Source of the DNA: Pelagomonas calceolata
Taxonomy: Eukaryota
NCBI GenBank assembly: GCA_918797485.1
Contig: CAKKNE010000002.1
Coordinates: forward strand, 992,001-1,056,000
Length of the DNA: 64,000 bases
Reading direction: 5' to 3'
Shown here: positions 52,111 to 61,457 of the stretch, in pieces
How the letters are laid out: the number at the start of each line of letters is the position of its first letter
Position numbering within the stretch: the stretch's first letter is position 1
Translations under genes and position numbers: made by a program
Notes under the pieces: model-generated
Told to the model about the DNA's origin: nothing
The model's database searches: none
Seen by the model: only the letters and a program-made list of their open reading frames with translations

Positions 52111-54633
52111 ATGCCGCCCAAAAAGAAGAGCAAAACGAGCACGCCGGCGACGCTCCCCTGCTTCGCCACCGCACGCTTGACGATCATCGGCGCGAACCCC
52201 GTCCAGCGCAAGATCTGGGCGAAATGCGGCGGCCCGACGTTTTTGAAGCCGAGCCAAGTAAACCAGCTCACGAATGACCGCGACTACGTCGTCGTCGCGG
52301 CGGCCGTCGACGCCTCAATCATCCAAACAAAAAAGGGCGCCGCGCTCGTCGTCACGGACCGCTGGCTCACGGCGTCGATCGAGCGCAACGCGCTGCAGGA
52401 CGCGGCCGCGCACGCGTGGCCCCCTCCACAAGAATCGACGGAGGTTACACTGATGCCGCCGCCGGGCTTTGAAAGGCCCGTGCGCTGCGTTGCGTACGAC
52501 TGCGACGCTGAGTGGGTCGCGGCCGTCCGCGGTTTAGTCAGGGACCACCGGCCCCACGTCGTGTTACTACGTGGCGCGTCGGGCGCCGACGCGTTGGGCG
52601 ACGGCTGGCGCGTCGCGGCCTCCTCCACATCAACTGCGATCCTCGCGCGGTGCGAGGGAACGAGTCTGGACGCGCCTGAGCATGCTTGCGCGTGGCGGTC
52701 GAGAGCGGGCGACGTCTTCGCCGTCGGCGACGATTTACGGAATTGGGCTTCTGATCGGCCCCGCGACGATATTTTGACGGTGTTCACCTCTCAAAACCTC
52801 GAGGCCGCGGGTTTGAGAGATGCCTACGCCTTATTAAGGCCGGGCCGGGCCGTGCCAGCAACGGCACCCACTGAAGCGTCCTGCGACTCGCTGCGCTACG
52901 GCGACGCCTTCGCTCAAAAATACGGCGACTCGAATCCACTAAGGAGGCCCGCTCCCCAAGAAACGATCCCGGGCCGCGCCGAGCTCTGGACGTCGTTTTA
53001 CGGCGGCGGCGTCCACCGGTTGTTGGACTGCTGCGCCGCGTCGCCCGACAATTGCCAGAGGTGGGGCCGCGTTCTAGCATTAGACGCGAAAAGGCGGACG
53101 GCCCTCCGCCCGGGACCCGCTGAAGATGACGTACCACGCGCCTCATCTGTTATTGTGTTTGAGGGCGACCATGACAATGAAGCGAAGAAGGAGGCCGGTA
53201 GAAGGACGTCCGCGCGGCGAGGCTGCATCCAGGCCTTTCCCAGCGAAGCCCTCAAGGAGCGCTCGCCTTTGCCCGTCACGAGACGGGTTTGTGCTGCTCT
53301 GTCCAAGGTCTTTAAGTTGGAGGCGGCGCGCTTAGGTGGTGATCGGAAGACGCGCAGGCCGGGCGAAGCCCACGGCACCTGCAACACGCAAGTATTGATG
53401 TTCGAGCGGGCCCACGCCATGGTGTTGAGCTGGCCGTATCAACTGCGGACGGACGAGGACGTCTACGAGAAACTAGTGGGAGAGCGGCCCTACATGTCTG
53501 TGGATGGGAGACCGGCGCGCACCGTCGCGCGAGCCCTTAATGGAGAGCTCGACACCTGGGAGGCCTGCGCCGAGTCGTTGCGAGAATCATCGTTAAATGA
53601 CCCCTTCGAGACTGATGCATTGATCGCTTCCGCAAAGATGGCCAAGGTGTTTGGCATTTCCGTGGGAGACGGTGTGGTTGATGCTGAGGAGAAGGAGGGT
53701 AAACTCCGAGGAGCGTACGAGGTCGTGCAATACCTGAGAAAGGCGGGATATGGACAAAGACCGTCGGTGGATGACGCCGTGGATGCCATGAGAGGGGATG
53801 AGAAATTCCGCGCGAAGCTCACGCAGTTCGCGAAGCACGGTCTAGATCGGCACGCCGAGTTCTTCGACGCGCCGTTGTCGGAAGCTGAGGTCTTGGAAGG
53901 TCACTCGCTCATCATGCGGGGGCTGCGGGGCGCGGATTCTCTCTGGAGGCGCTGCGTTCCCGATTATGATCACACGCAGTGGGTTGTGGTCCGGGTCGGT
54001 GGCGCTCGTCGAAGACTAGCGGGTGACTGCGGCCACGACATGGACTTTTTGGTCACGCACCCGCAGATTTGTTCGTACGCTCGGTTGAAGCCGGTGCTCG
54101 ATGCCATCTTGGTGGGACTGAACGCGGAGCGTTCTTCGGTAGATTACGGCAGCGGCCAGCAGGACCTCCCCATCACGAATTACGGCGAGCACGTCGGGTC
54201 TGTCTTAGCGCAAAACACTCCTGAAGAGTTATACAACGTGCCGGTGATCCAACAAATTCGACGGGAGATCACGGGCACGGGAAGCGGTTGGCAGCACTGG
54301 GACCACCTCGCTCGCCATTTTGGGGTATTTCATACGAAGGCCGGCAAAAGAAGGAGGCGCATCGACATCGTCGTGTCGTCGCACCTCGAGTGGCCGTTCG
54401 CTCTTCTGTCCTGGACGGGGGGCAAGGTCTACAATCGTCTGTTGAGAGACTACGCGAACAAGATCGGCTGCTCGCTCTCGGCGCACTGCCTCATGACCGT
54501 GCCCGCCGACGCGTCGTCTCCCCGATTGGTCCCTCAGGAGACGCACCCCGGGACGCCCGTGCCGCGGACCGAGGAGGACGTGCTGCGGCTGCTCGGCGTG
54601 CCGTGGCTGCCGCCTCATTTACGGGACGTGTGA
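52111..54633 (+). CDS. Family X DNA polymerase (Pol mu/TdT-like) with N-terminal BRCT
   Basis: VVTDRWLTASI; VGGARR...GHDMDFLVTHP; RRIDIV...PFALLSWTG...NR.LR.YA; TEEDV...LG..W.PP..RD. Confidence 0.88.
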   Translation: MPPKKKSKTSTPATLPCFATARLTIIGANPVQRKIWAKCGGPTFLKPSQVNQLTNDRDYVVVAAAVDASIIQTKKGAALVVTDRWLTASIERNALQDAAAHAWPPPQESTEVTLMPPPGFERPVRCVAYDCDAEWVAAVRGLVRDHRPHVVLLRGASGADALGDGWRVAASSTSTAILARCEGTSLDAPEHACAWRSRAGDVFAVGDDLRNWASDRPRDDILTVFTSQNLEAAGLRDAYALLRPGRAVPATAPTEASCDSLRYGDAFAQKYGDSNPLRRPAPQETIPGRAELWTSFYGGGVHRLLDCCAASPDNCQRWGRVLALDAKRRTALRPGPAEDDVPRASSVIVFEGDHDNEAKKEAGRRTSARRGCIQAFPSEALKERSPLPVTRRVCAALSKVFKLEAARLGGDRKTRRPGEAHGTCNTQVLMFERAHAMVLSWPYQLRTDEDVYEKLVGERPYMSVDGRPARTVARALNGELDTWEACAESLRESSLNDPFETDALIASAKMAKVFGISVGDGVVDAEEKEGKLRGAYEVVQYLRKAGYGQRPSVDDAVDAMRGDEKFRAKLTQFAKHGLDRHAEFFDAPLSEAEVLEGHSLIMRGLRGADSLWRRCVPDYDHTQWVVVRVGGARRRLAGDCGHDMDFLVTHPQICSYARLKPVLDAILVGLNAERSSVDYGSGQQDLPITNYGEHVGSVLAQNTPEELYNVPVIQQIRREITGTGSGWQHWDHLARHFGVFHTKAGKRRRRIDIVVSSHLEWPFALLSWTGGKVYNRLLRDYANKIGCSLSAHCLMTVPADASSPRLVPQETHPGTPVPRTEEDVLRLLGVPWLPPHLRDV

Positions 54634-54852
54634 TAAGAAGATGTGTAGTTCGTGGGCTCCCGATACGAAATGCCCATCCCGGGTTTTTGCTCTCAGGTCG
54701 GCCTTTGGTTTTTGCCATTGATCTCGGCGCCAGCCGTCGCGAAGACAAAAAAAACAAGCGGGACAGCAAGCCCTCTACTATAGCCACCCTCACCACGGCC
54801 ACCATCACCTCCACCGTTCATCATGCAGAGTTTGCTCTCATTAAGTTTTATC

Positions 54853-55317
54853 ATGGCCAGCTCCTCTCTCACCCCCAAGACCCATCTACGCCTGCCGGTC
54901 ACCACCACAAAAGTCGCGACGCTCACCCCGCTACGCGAGGAACAAATCCTGACGCCCCGGGAGCTCGTCAAGCCGGCCGAGTGTCCCGCGCGTCGGGCCG
55001 CGTCCGGTGCCTCAGCTCTAAAAAACGCTTTCGCCGACGCGAGAGCCGAGGGACGCGCGGCGCTCATCCCCTACCTCACCGCCGGCTACCCCACCAAGGA
55101 CGAGACCGTGGACCTCCTCCTCGCGACGCAAGCGGGCGGCGCCGACGTGATAGAATTAGGCGTGCCGTGCGGCGACCCCTTCATGGAACAAGTCCGCCGC
55201 GCGGCCGGCGACGTAGGAGCAAGGCGACCATCTGCCTATCCTCAAATTGAGCCGCAGCGTGAAGCGGGTGAACCCAGGTATTTTCGTAACCACTTGGCGA
55301 TACGCCCACATCTATGA
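54853..55317 (+). pseudogene. trpA: 5' fragment of tryptophan synthase alpha chain
   Basis: AFADARAEGRAALIPYLTAGYP...GADVIELGVPCGDP; similarity stops at about 55188. Confidence 0.75.
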
Positions 55318-55501
55318 GCCGCTCGACCTCTTGTACGTTGCCGTCCTCGACCGCGTCCATGAGATTTTTTACGTCAAGCGCGTCCTCCGAGCCAAAGTCT
55401 GCGCCGTATTTGGACTTCCACAACGCGAGTTCGTCCACGCTTTCGCCGGCGTGAGACAGGGACACGGCGGCCAGCGCTATCAATTGAATGAGCTTAATCA
55501 T
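55181..55501 (-). pseudogene. Signal-peptide ankyrin protein, 3'-truncated
   Basis: MIKLIQLIALAAVSLSHA; LMDAVEDGNVQEVERLI; PLHAAAQ....MVALLL then breaks off. Confidence 0.55.
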
Positions 55502-55687
55502 CTTTGTGTCAGCTCGGACGTCGTCACGCCCGACGGGCGACGGTTTGGCGTCTTTCTTACGCACGGCAACAAGACTGCGCGCGCGCGCGGGTGTGAGCGA
55601 CGCTGAATATTGACCTAGAAAACCCGTTTTTTCTAGGGGGAAGTACTAGTATACATCTTAGTAGCAGGGGAGCAGCAAGTAGGGGAG

Positions 55688-57772
55688 CTAAGCGGACACA
55701 CCCCCGCGTTCTTCGAGGAGCGCGGTGATGAGTCGCTTGCACACGTGATTGGGTATGAGCGTGAGGTTCTCGAGCGGCTCGTTCGTCGTCGGCGACGTCC
55801 GCGCGCCGGTTTCAAACCACTCCTTTATGGCGCAGCGCTCGAACGTCGTCCCGTCCGCCGTGATCACCGGGTCCTTCATGAGCTCGCACGTGATCGGGCA
55901 GCACAGGTCCTCGGGCAGCTCGTCCCTAGAAATGCGCAGCCGCTCAATTTCGGCGCGGTGGTGGCGGAGCTCGTCCTCCAGCACGCTCTGGTGCGTCGCG
56001 ACGTCGTGCAGGATCGCCTCGGCCGACGCCTCGATCTTCTTCGCCTTGCCGGCCGACGGGCCCAGGATCGCGAGGCAGGCCCCGGGCGAGACGCCGAGGT
56101 CCACGAGGTCCGTGGGCTTGAGCGACGGCAGCACAACATCATCAATCTCCTGCGCCTCGAAGAGCGGGAGGAGTCGCGTCTCGCCGACGGCCGCGAGAAT
56201 CCGTGCCACCGTCTCGTAGCCTTCGCGCGCGATGGGCTCCTCCTCCTCCTCGCATTTCGACTCCTCAACGGACGTCTGCTTGCGGAGAGCGTCTTGGCGC
56301 TCCCGCGCGACGCGTAACCGCTCGGCTCGCAGTTCGGCCGCCGATGGCCCTTGCGGCACCTGGGCCGGCTCCGGCTCCGGCTCCGGCTCAGGCTCCGGCT
56401 CCGGCTCCGAGGTCGGCTCCGGTGCCTCCGGCTGGGCCGCCTCGGAGCGCTTCCTCAGGAGCCGTTTGGCCGCTTGTCTATCTTTAGCAGCACCTTCACT
56501 CCCGCAGGTCTTGTCTCGTAATCGATTCAACTCGTCGGCGTCCGCGGCCGACAGCGGTCGGTCCGGAAAATTCGCGTAGACCTCCACTAACCCTCGAAGC
56601 TTGGCCGCGGCCCGCTCCTCCGACTCGGACTCCGACTCCGACTCCTCTTCGGGCTCCGACTCTGATTCCGGGGCCGCGGCGCACGCCTCCTGGACCAACT
56701 TCTTGGCCGCGGCGACCTGGGCCGCGGTCCCCGTGATGGAGACGTGGCAGCCGTCGCCGGCCGCGCGCACGACGACCTCCGCGCCAGAAGCTTTGGCGAC
56801 GACCGCGCCGTCGACGCGGCAGTCCAGGGTCCGCTCCGCCGTGATGCGTTGGGCCTTGCGCTTCGCGCGGCGCCGGGACACGTCCTCCGACGCGTAGAGC
56901 GCCGCCTCACACCAAGCCGCGGCGGCCTGCAAGATCAGCGAGTACTTGAGCGTCCCGAGCAATAAACTGAGACAGTGCCACGTGTTGGCGCTGCCCCCGT
57001 TCGCGCAGCTGAACCGCAGGTGGGACCCCCACAACAAATGACCCGCGGGCAGCGCGCACCACACCGTCGACGACCGGCAGAGGCGCGTGTGCAGGAACGT
57101 AGAACCGTGTCCACAATACGTTTCCGCGGGTAAAAGTGGAAATCGATGCGCCCCAATGTTGCCCAGCAATACGCACACACACATCAACGCCGGCCGCTGG
57201 CGGTGCACGAGGCGCTGGAAGTGCGACCAGAGGCGATGAAGACCGTACGACTTCTCATACATAAACTCCAAGCACTCGGCAAATTTCACGGACGTGTAGC
57301 CAATCAGCGTGATCGTAACGGCGAAGAAGGACGTGAGGAAGAGCGTCTGCGTGGACCGCGCCCAGCCGCAGTAGGGCGGGAACACGGCGAAGAAGAAGGC
57401 GCCCGGCGCGCACAGGTCCGTCTCCACGATTGTTCTACGTGCGGTCCACCAGAAGGCCGCAGCCGGGCCCCACGCAAAGGCCGTCTGGAGGCGCGTCATC
57501 TCGTCCTGCCCCAGCAACTTCTCGACCGTCGACGCGCGGCGCTTGCCTTTCGTAGTGCGCTTGGGCGAACTCCCAGCCTCGCGCTCGAGCTCCTTGCGGA
57601 TGCGCTCGCGTCGTAAGGTGGCCTCTACCATGATTACCGCCTTTATCCCCCGGTAGAGGCCGTAGAAGAAGCCGGGGATGACCACATAAGCTAAGAAGAC
57701 GATGAACCAGCCCTCGAGCGTCCAGAGGTCGGGGGGCGGCGGCGGTGGGTGTTCCCACCACCACTTTCCCAT
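55688..57772 (-). CDS. Membrane protein with SAM and U-box domains (E3 ligase)
   Basis: LFEAQEIDDVVL..L...DL..LGV; PEDLCCPITCELMKDPVITADGTTFER.AI.EW...TSPTT; ATG at 57772. Confidence 0.85.
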   Translation of the reverse strand: MGKWWWEHPPPPPPDLWTLEGWFIVFLAYVVIPGFFYGLYRGIKAVIMVEATLRRERIRKELEREAGSSPKRTTKGKRRASTVEKLLGQDEMTRLQTAFAWGPAAAFWWTARRTIVETDLCAPGAFFFAVFPPYCGWARSTQTLFLTSFFAVTITLIGYTSVKFAECLEFMYEKSYGLHRLWSHFQRLVHRQRPALMCVCVLLGNIGAHRFPLLPAETYCGHGSTFLHTRLCRSSTVWCALPAGHLLWGSHLRFSCANGGSANTWHCLSLLLGTLKYSLILQAAAAWCEAALYASEDVSRRRAKRKAQRITAERTLDCRVDGAVVAKASGAEVVVRAAGDGCHVSITGTAAQVAAAKKLVQEACAAAPESESEPEEESESESESEERAAAKLRGLVEVYANFPDRPLSAADADELNRLRDKTCGSEGAAKDRQAAKRLLRKRSEAAQPEAPEPTSEPEPEPEPEPEPEPAQVPQGPSAAELRAERLRVARERQDALRKQTSVEESKCEEEEEPIAREGYETVARILAAVGETRLLPLFEAQEIDDVVLPSLKPTDLVDLGVSPGACLAILGPSAGKAKKIEASAEAILHDVATHQSVLEDELRHHRAEIERLRISRDELPEDLCCPITCELMKDPVITADGTTFERCAIKEWFETGARTSPTTNEPLENLTLIPNHVCKRLITALLEERGGVSA

Positions 57773-58234
57773 CCTGTCTTGATGCCGGGTTCGGGCTGCC
57801 GCGTGGCGGCGCCGGGGGCAGCCCTTCGCGCTGGTTGGGGCGTGCGGCGGGCGCGGGGCGATGCGCGGCCACGTACGGCGGAGCGGCGGCGCGGCTGGGA
57901 GGCGGCGTGTAACGGCGCGGCGCGGCGGGGCGCTTGCTCGGGAGCTGCGAGAAACGGAGCCACCTTCACCATGGCCCCGCACGACATCTGATGTTGAAGA
58001 CGACAAAATGGCCTCCTTTCGATTCATAAGATGTCTCCTAGACGCCTGGCATACTGCCTCCGAGCGATGAAATCGACTTCCCGACATCCGCGGTTGCCCG
58101 AGGGCGTCTAGGCTGTGGGCTAGCTTCACGGCCAGATAGAGCAGAATAATTGGGTCTCCAAATTCACAATTCATCATAGTCGTCCACTGAGACCATTTCT
58201 TTACGAATAGCGGCCCGGAAGAGCCAAACTCGGA

Positions 58235-58257
58235 GCTAGCGTAATCGACATACTAGC
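58235..58257 (-). promoter_or_regulatory. Variant upstream element
   Basis: - strand GCTAGTATGTCGATTACGCTAGC (13-nt spacer). Confidence 0.45.
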
Positions 58258-58430
58258 AAATTTAAAGATACGCTTCGATAGCGTCAAAAGAATGACCCAA
58301 ATTCAGAATACATCCTAGTCGTTCGCCGAGACCAAAGATTTCAGCGTAGCGGCCCGGCAACATACCCTCGCGCCTCCCGCGAAGCACCGCCCGCGACATT
58401 CGCGGATGCGTCTTACGGCTCGCCAAAGTA

Positions 58431-59090
58431 CACCAGCGATTGACGCCGCCATCTACCGTCCAGATAGTACATTATATCAACTCCAGCCGAGTTTTCATAC
58501 ACACTCGACGGAACCGGAGCCGACGGCCCGCGCCCGGAGGGCGGGAAAAGAATTCTACTAGACAACTCCCGAGTTTATGTTCGTTTCCTTCCGTTTGTTA
58601 GTGGTAGAGTCCATCCAACCCGCATCAGCGCGCACTGAGCTATTTTAGATATTCCGTTAGGGCCGCGCGATTCGTCGACTTCGGTCCCACGTGTTTGTAC
58701 AAATAAAGCCACATAACCTGCACCCGCGAGTATCAGCGACGCCACTATCCAGATGGACCATAACGCCGTTGTTCTATTCACAATCGACCGACTTGCCCGT
58801 TCTCCGCGGACGACGGTGCGTACGCGGGGCACTGGAAAGGCCCCAGACCGGTGGTTTATATAATAAATTTGCGTTTCAGGCGCTTCGGTCCCGGGAAGGG
58901 CCAGCTAACCGGCTTGATTGTATACTACATTGCTCTGAGACCCAAAGATGCTCGGCGCGGGTCGTCGGGCTCGCGACCCCACGATCGATCGTAAATGGGC
59001 GAATTGCTTGAACCTGCGACCGTCAGCCCGTCTATCATCACCATGGACCATGACGCGATCGTTTGTTCCATGATCGACCGACTTGCGCGG
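58431..59090. repeat. Degenerate ~290-bp-period direct repeat
   Basis: 58753-58796 vs 59043-59086 match 34/44 ungapped by manual count; weaker copy at 58431-58472. Confidence 0.55.
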
Positions 59091-59659
59091 GGTCCAGATC
59101 AAGATGTTCACATCCCGAGCGTGGGCAGCCCAAAGTACCCTTCTCGCGGTGTGGATGTCATATACTTGTAATTGACTATCGGTGGGGTAGTATGGGGTCC
59201 GACGAGACCGCTATTACGATTCCTGGGGGGCCTCGGGTTATTGACGTTTTTGACGGGAACGGGGCGCGATCGGGCCCAAATTATTTACTTTTTTCGGATC
59301 CAGATCGGCCCGTGGAGGTCTCTCGGGGTAGGTCTGGTAGTGGGTAAGCGCCTGCACCGCATACGCCGCCGATGCGGCAGCCTAGGGCTCCCCGAGAGCC
59401 CTGGAACCCATTGCCAGGCTATTCAAGGTAGTTTGCCGCAGTGGTGAGAGAATTGGTCGATTATGCCCCGAGCCCGGGCGCATGCGGCGTAGGCGCTTGC
59501 CCGCGACTAGTGCCGACCCCGAGCACCCCCCGGGAGCCCTCGGGACCGCGAACCGACAGGCTTCCGCCGGCGCAGCCCATGCCCGCGGCGCCCGTCGACG
59601 ACCAAAATTTTTCTAGAGCCGCGCCCCGGCGCCGTCAAAACAGACTACACACGACCAAC

Positions 59660-60340
59660 TTAGGGCGAGCAGCACTTCGCCCCGACGAGGGACAGGTCGG
59701 GCCCACCTTTGGAATCCGCGGCCCACCCGAAAAATTCAGCGTCCTCGTCGAACCTGTGTGGAAATCAAAATTTTACGGCGCGTTCGTGCTGAACCATCGC
59801 GTCGTCCTCCACGCCATCGACGCGACGCCTGTTCGGTGCACCCGACACACTGGTTGATTTCCACACAGCCGACGACGTGCCCGGCGCGTCGGCCGCAATG
59901 TCTCCAAACGCAGTGCCGTCGCTCGCGAAGGTCTCCTCGACGTCTGCCCTGGGTTTGGCTGCGCGCTTCCGTCTAGCTGGTGACGTCTTCCTGGAAGCGC
60001 CCACGACCAGGCCCCCCGTGCCGTCCGCGAAGACCATCGCCGGCAAATCATCATCATCATCACTACGGTCCGAGAAGGCCCCCGGGCAACTATCAGACAC
60101 CGCGCAGCCGTCGACCGCCAACAGCTCTTCCCCGTGTTCTTCGGCCATCCTTACTCGCAGGTTCAACTGATCCAATAACCCAATGATGTCGACCTTGTCC
60201 GCCGTGCCATCAGATTGCTCGATCTCGGCCCAGATGTGGTCGTCCCAATGGAGGCCGGGCGTTGCCGCGGCCAGCGCTTGCGCTTGTTTTTTCGGGACCT
60301 GGTCGGGGAGGCTTTGCAAGGCCGAGGCGCCGGCGCCCAT
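59660..60340 (-). CDS. Hypothetical N-myristoylation-motif protein; predicted exons 60340-59877 and 59753-59660
   Basis: MGAGAS start; splicing out the introner gives ...APGTFDEDAEFFGWAADSKGGPDLSLVGAKCCSP*. Confidence 0.6.
59754..59876 (-). mobile_element. Introner-like element with perfect 15-nt TIRs (59754-59868) plus 8-nt flank carrying the GT donor
   Basis: CTGTGTGGAAATCAA...TTGATTTCCACACAG; body similar to the 61833 and 40592 elements. Confidence 0.85.
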
Positions 60341-60512
60341 TTGTTCTATTTATCGCGGCGGCGTAAATGGGTGGAGAGGCTGCTTGTGGCCGGTGGATGG
60401 TGTTGTGGGGCTGCTGTGCTTTCACAGATGGTGGTGGAGGGGCTGCCCGCTCGCACCAACTTGTGTATCGCGGCAAGACGTGAAGCGGGCACGGTCTGCT
60501 GCGTAGGACTGC

Positions 60513-60552
60513 CGCTGGATTGGTCGCGTGCGCTGGATTGGTCGCGTGCGCT
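60513..60552. repeat. 18-nt tandem duplication containing ATTGG (CCAAT box)
   Basis: CGCTGGATTGGTCGCGTG x2 + CGCT. Confidence 0.85.
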
Positions 60553-60590
60553 TGTCGAATGGCCTAAAATGCGGCGGCCGCAAACTGCTG

Positions 60591-60614
60591 GCTAGTGTCT
60601 TATTGGACGCTAAG
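60591..60614 (+). promoter_or_regulatory. Upstream element, degenerate right half
   Basis: GCTAGTGTCTTATTGGACGCTAAG, divergent gap. Confidence 0.65.
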
Positions 60615-60806
60615 CTCGCGCGGATTAACTTTGCCAAAGGCCGGCATTTACTCGGGCCTCGCGATCATAATTGCTCGTCTCAGCCTCTCTCGTTGGTCTT
60701 TGCGACGACCGCTGCGAATTCTGCAGACGCGCCGCATCAATACGACCGCAGCAAACTCACTGCATGCTGCAGCCTTGACAGCCTTGTACGCCATTCGACG
60801 CGACAC

Positions 60807-61430
60807 ATGTCATCTCAGCAGCCACGCATCCCCAAGAAGCAGCGTGCTGCCGCGCCGCGGATGCCGGAGCAGCGGCCCGCATCGCGCGAGCGGATGCCGG
60901 ACCACGTGCCTGTGCCGCCGGCACCCCCTGATTTGATCTACAGCCGCCGGCGCGGCGGCCGCGCGCATCAACAACAACAACAAACTCCAGGCGACGCAAA
61001 GCGGAAGCGCAACGCGCGCAAGCGCCTGCCGCGGACGCACCGCACGCTCGCCGTGCTCCTCCAGGCCGTGCGCGACGAGCAGTTGACTTTTGAGATGAAG
61101 GACGGGACTTCAGTAGCGGGCGCTTTATATGAAGTTGATGCGAACCTGAACGCGACGCTGCGGGGCGCGACGCAGACGCTGCGGAACGGCACGCAGCGGC
61201 GGTACGAATCAGCTTACGTGAACGGGTCCGGCGTGCTGTACGTGCTCTTCCCGGCGCGCTGCGATCCCGTGCGGTCTTTAGACAGGTACCTCGACGCGCA
61301 GGAGCGCGTCGCGCGGACGCAGACGCGCTCGAAGCGAGCGGCGCCGGCCGCGCGCGCGCCGACGCCGGAAGCGATATCGATAGAGGCGCCGGCCCGCCAG
61401 CGCGACCTGGCCGACGGGCCGCGAATCTAA
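60807..61430 (+). CDS. LSm10-like Sm-fold protein
   Basis: TLAVLLQAV...LTFEMKDGTSVAG.L.EVDANLNATL; AYVNGSGVLYVLFP; ATG at 60807. Confidence 0.65.
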   Translation: MSSQQPRIPKKQRAAAPRMPEQRPASRERMPDHVPVPPAPPDLIYSRRRGGRAHQQQQQTPGDAKRKRNARKRLPRTHRTLAVLLQAVRDEQLTFEMKDGTSVAGALYEVDANLNATLRGATQTLRNGTQRRYESAYVNGSGVLYVLFPARCDPVRSLDRYLDAQERVARTQTRSKRAAPAARAPTPEAISIEAPARQRDLADGPRI

Positions 61431-61457
61431 TGTTGTTCGTAAGATTACATGTTGTTA

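Noticed and set aside
56360..56430. (GGCTCC)n repeat
   Set aside because: Encodes an ordinary Glu-Pro linker in the U-box gene.
57773..58177. N-terminal extension of the U-box ORF, and similar extensions at 6042, 8619, 16654, 36271, 39214, 47237, 52041 and 60528
   Set aside because: Low-complexity or non-ATG starts; several run across promoter elements; downstream ATGs fit better.
58260..59640. snRNA/tRNA/rRNA gene in the gene-free stretch
   Set aside because: No U1/U2/U6 signature, cloverleaf or rRNA motif recognised by eye; an Infernal search is needed to exclude it.
59441..59857. Plus-strand ORF as host of the 59754 element
   Set aside because: GTG start, no motifs, and no GT-initial 8-nt flank on this strand; the minus-strand model splices cleanly.
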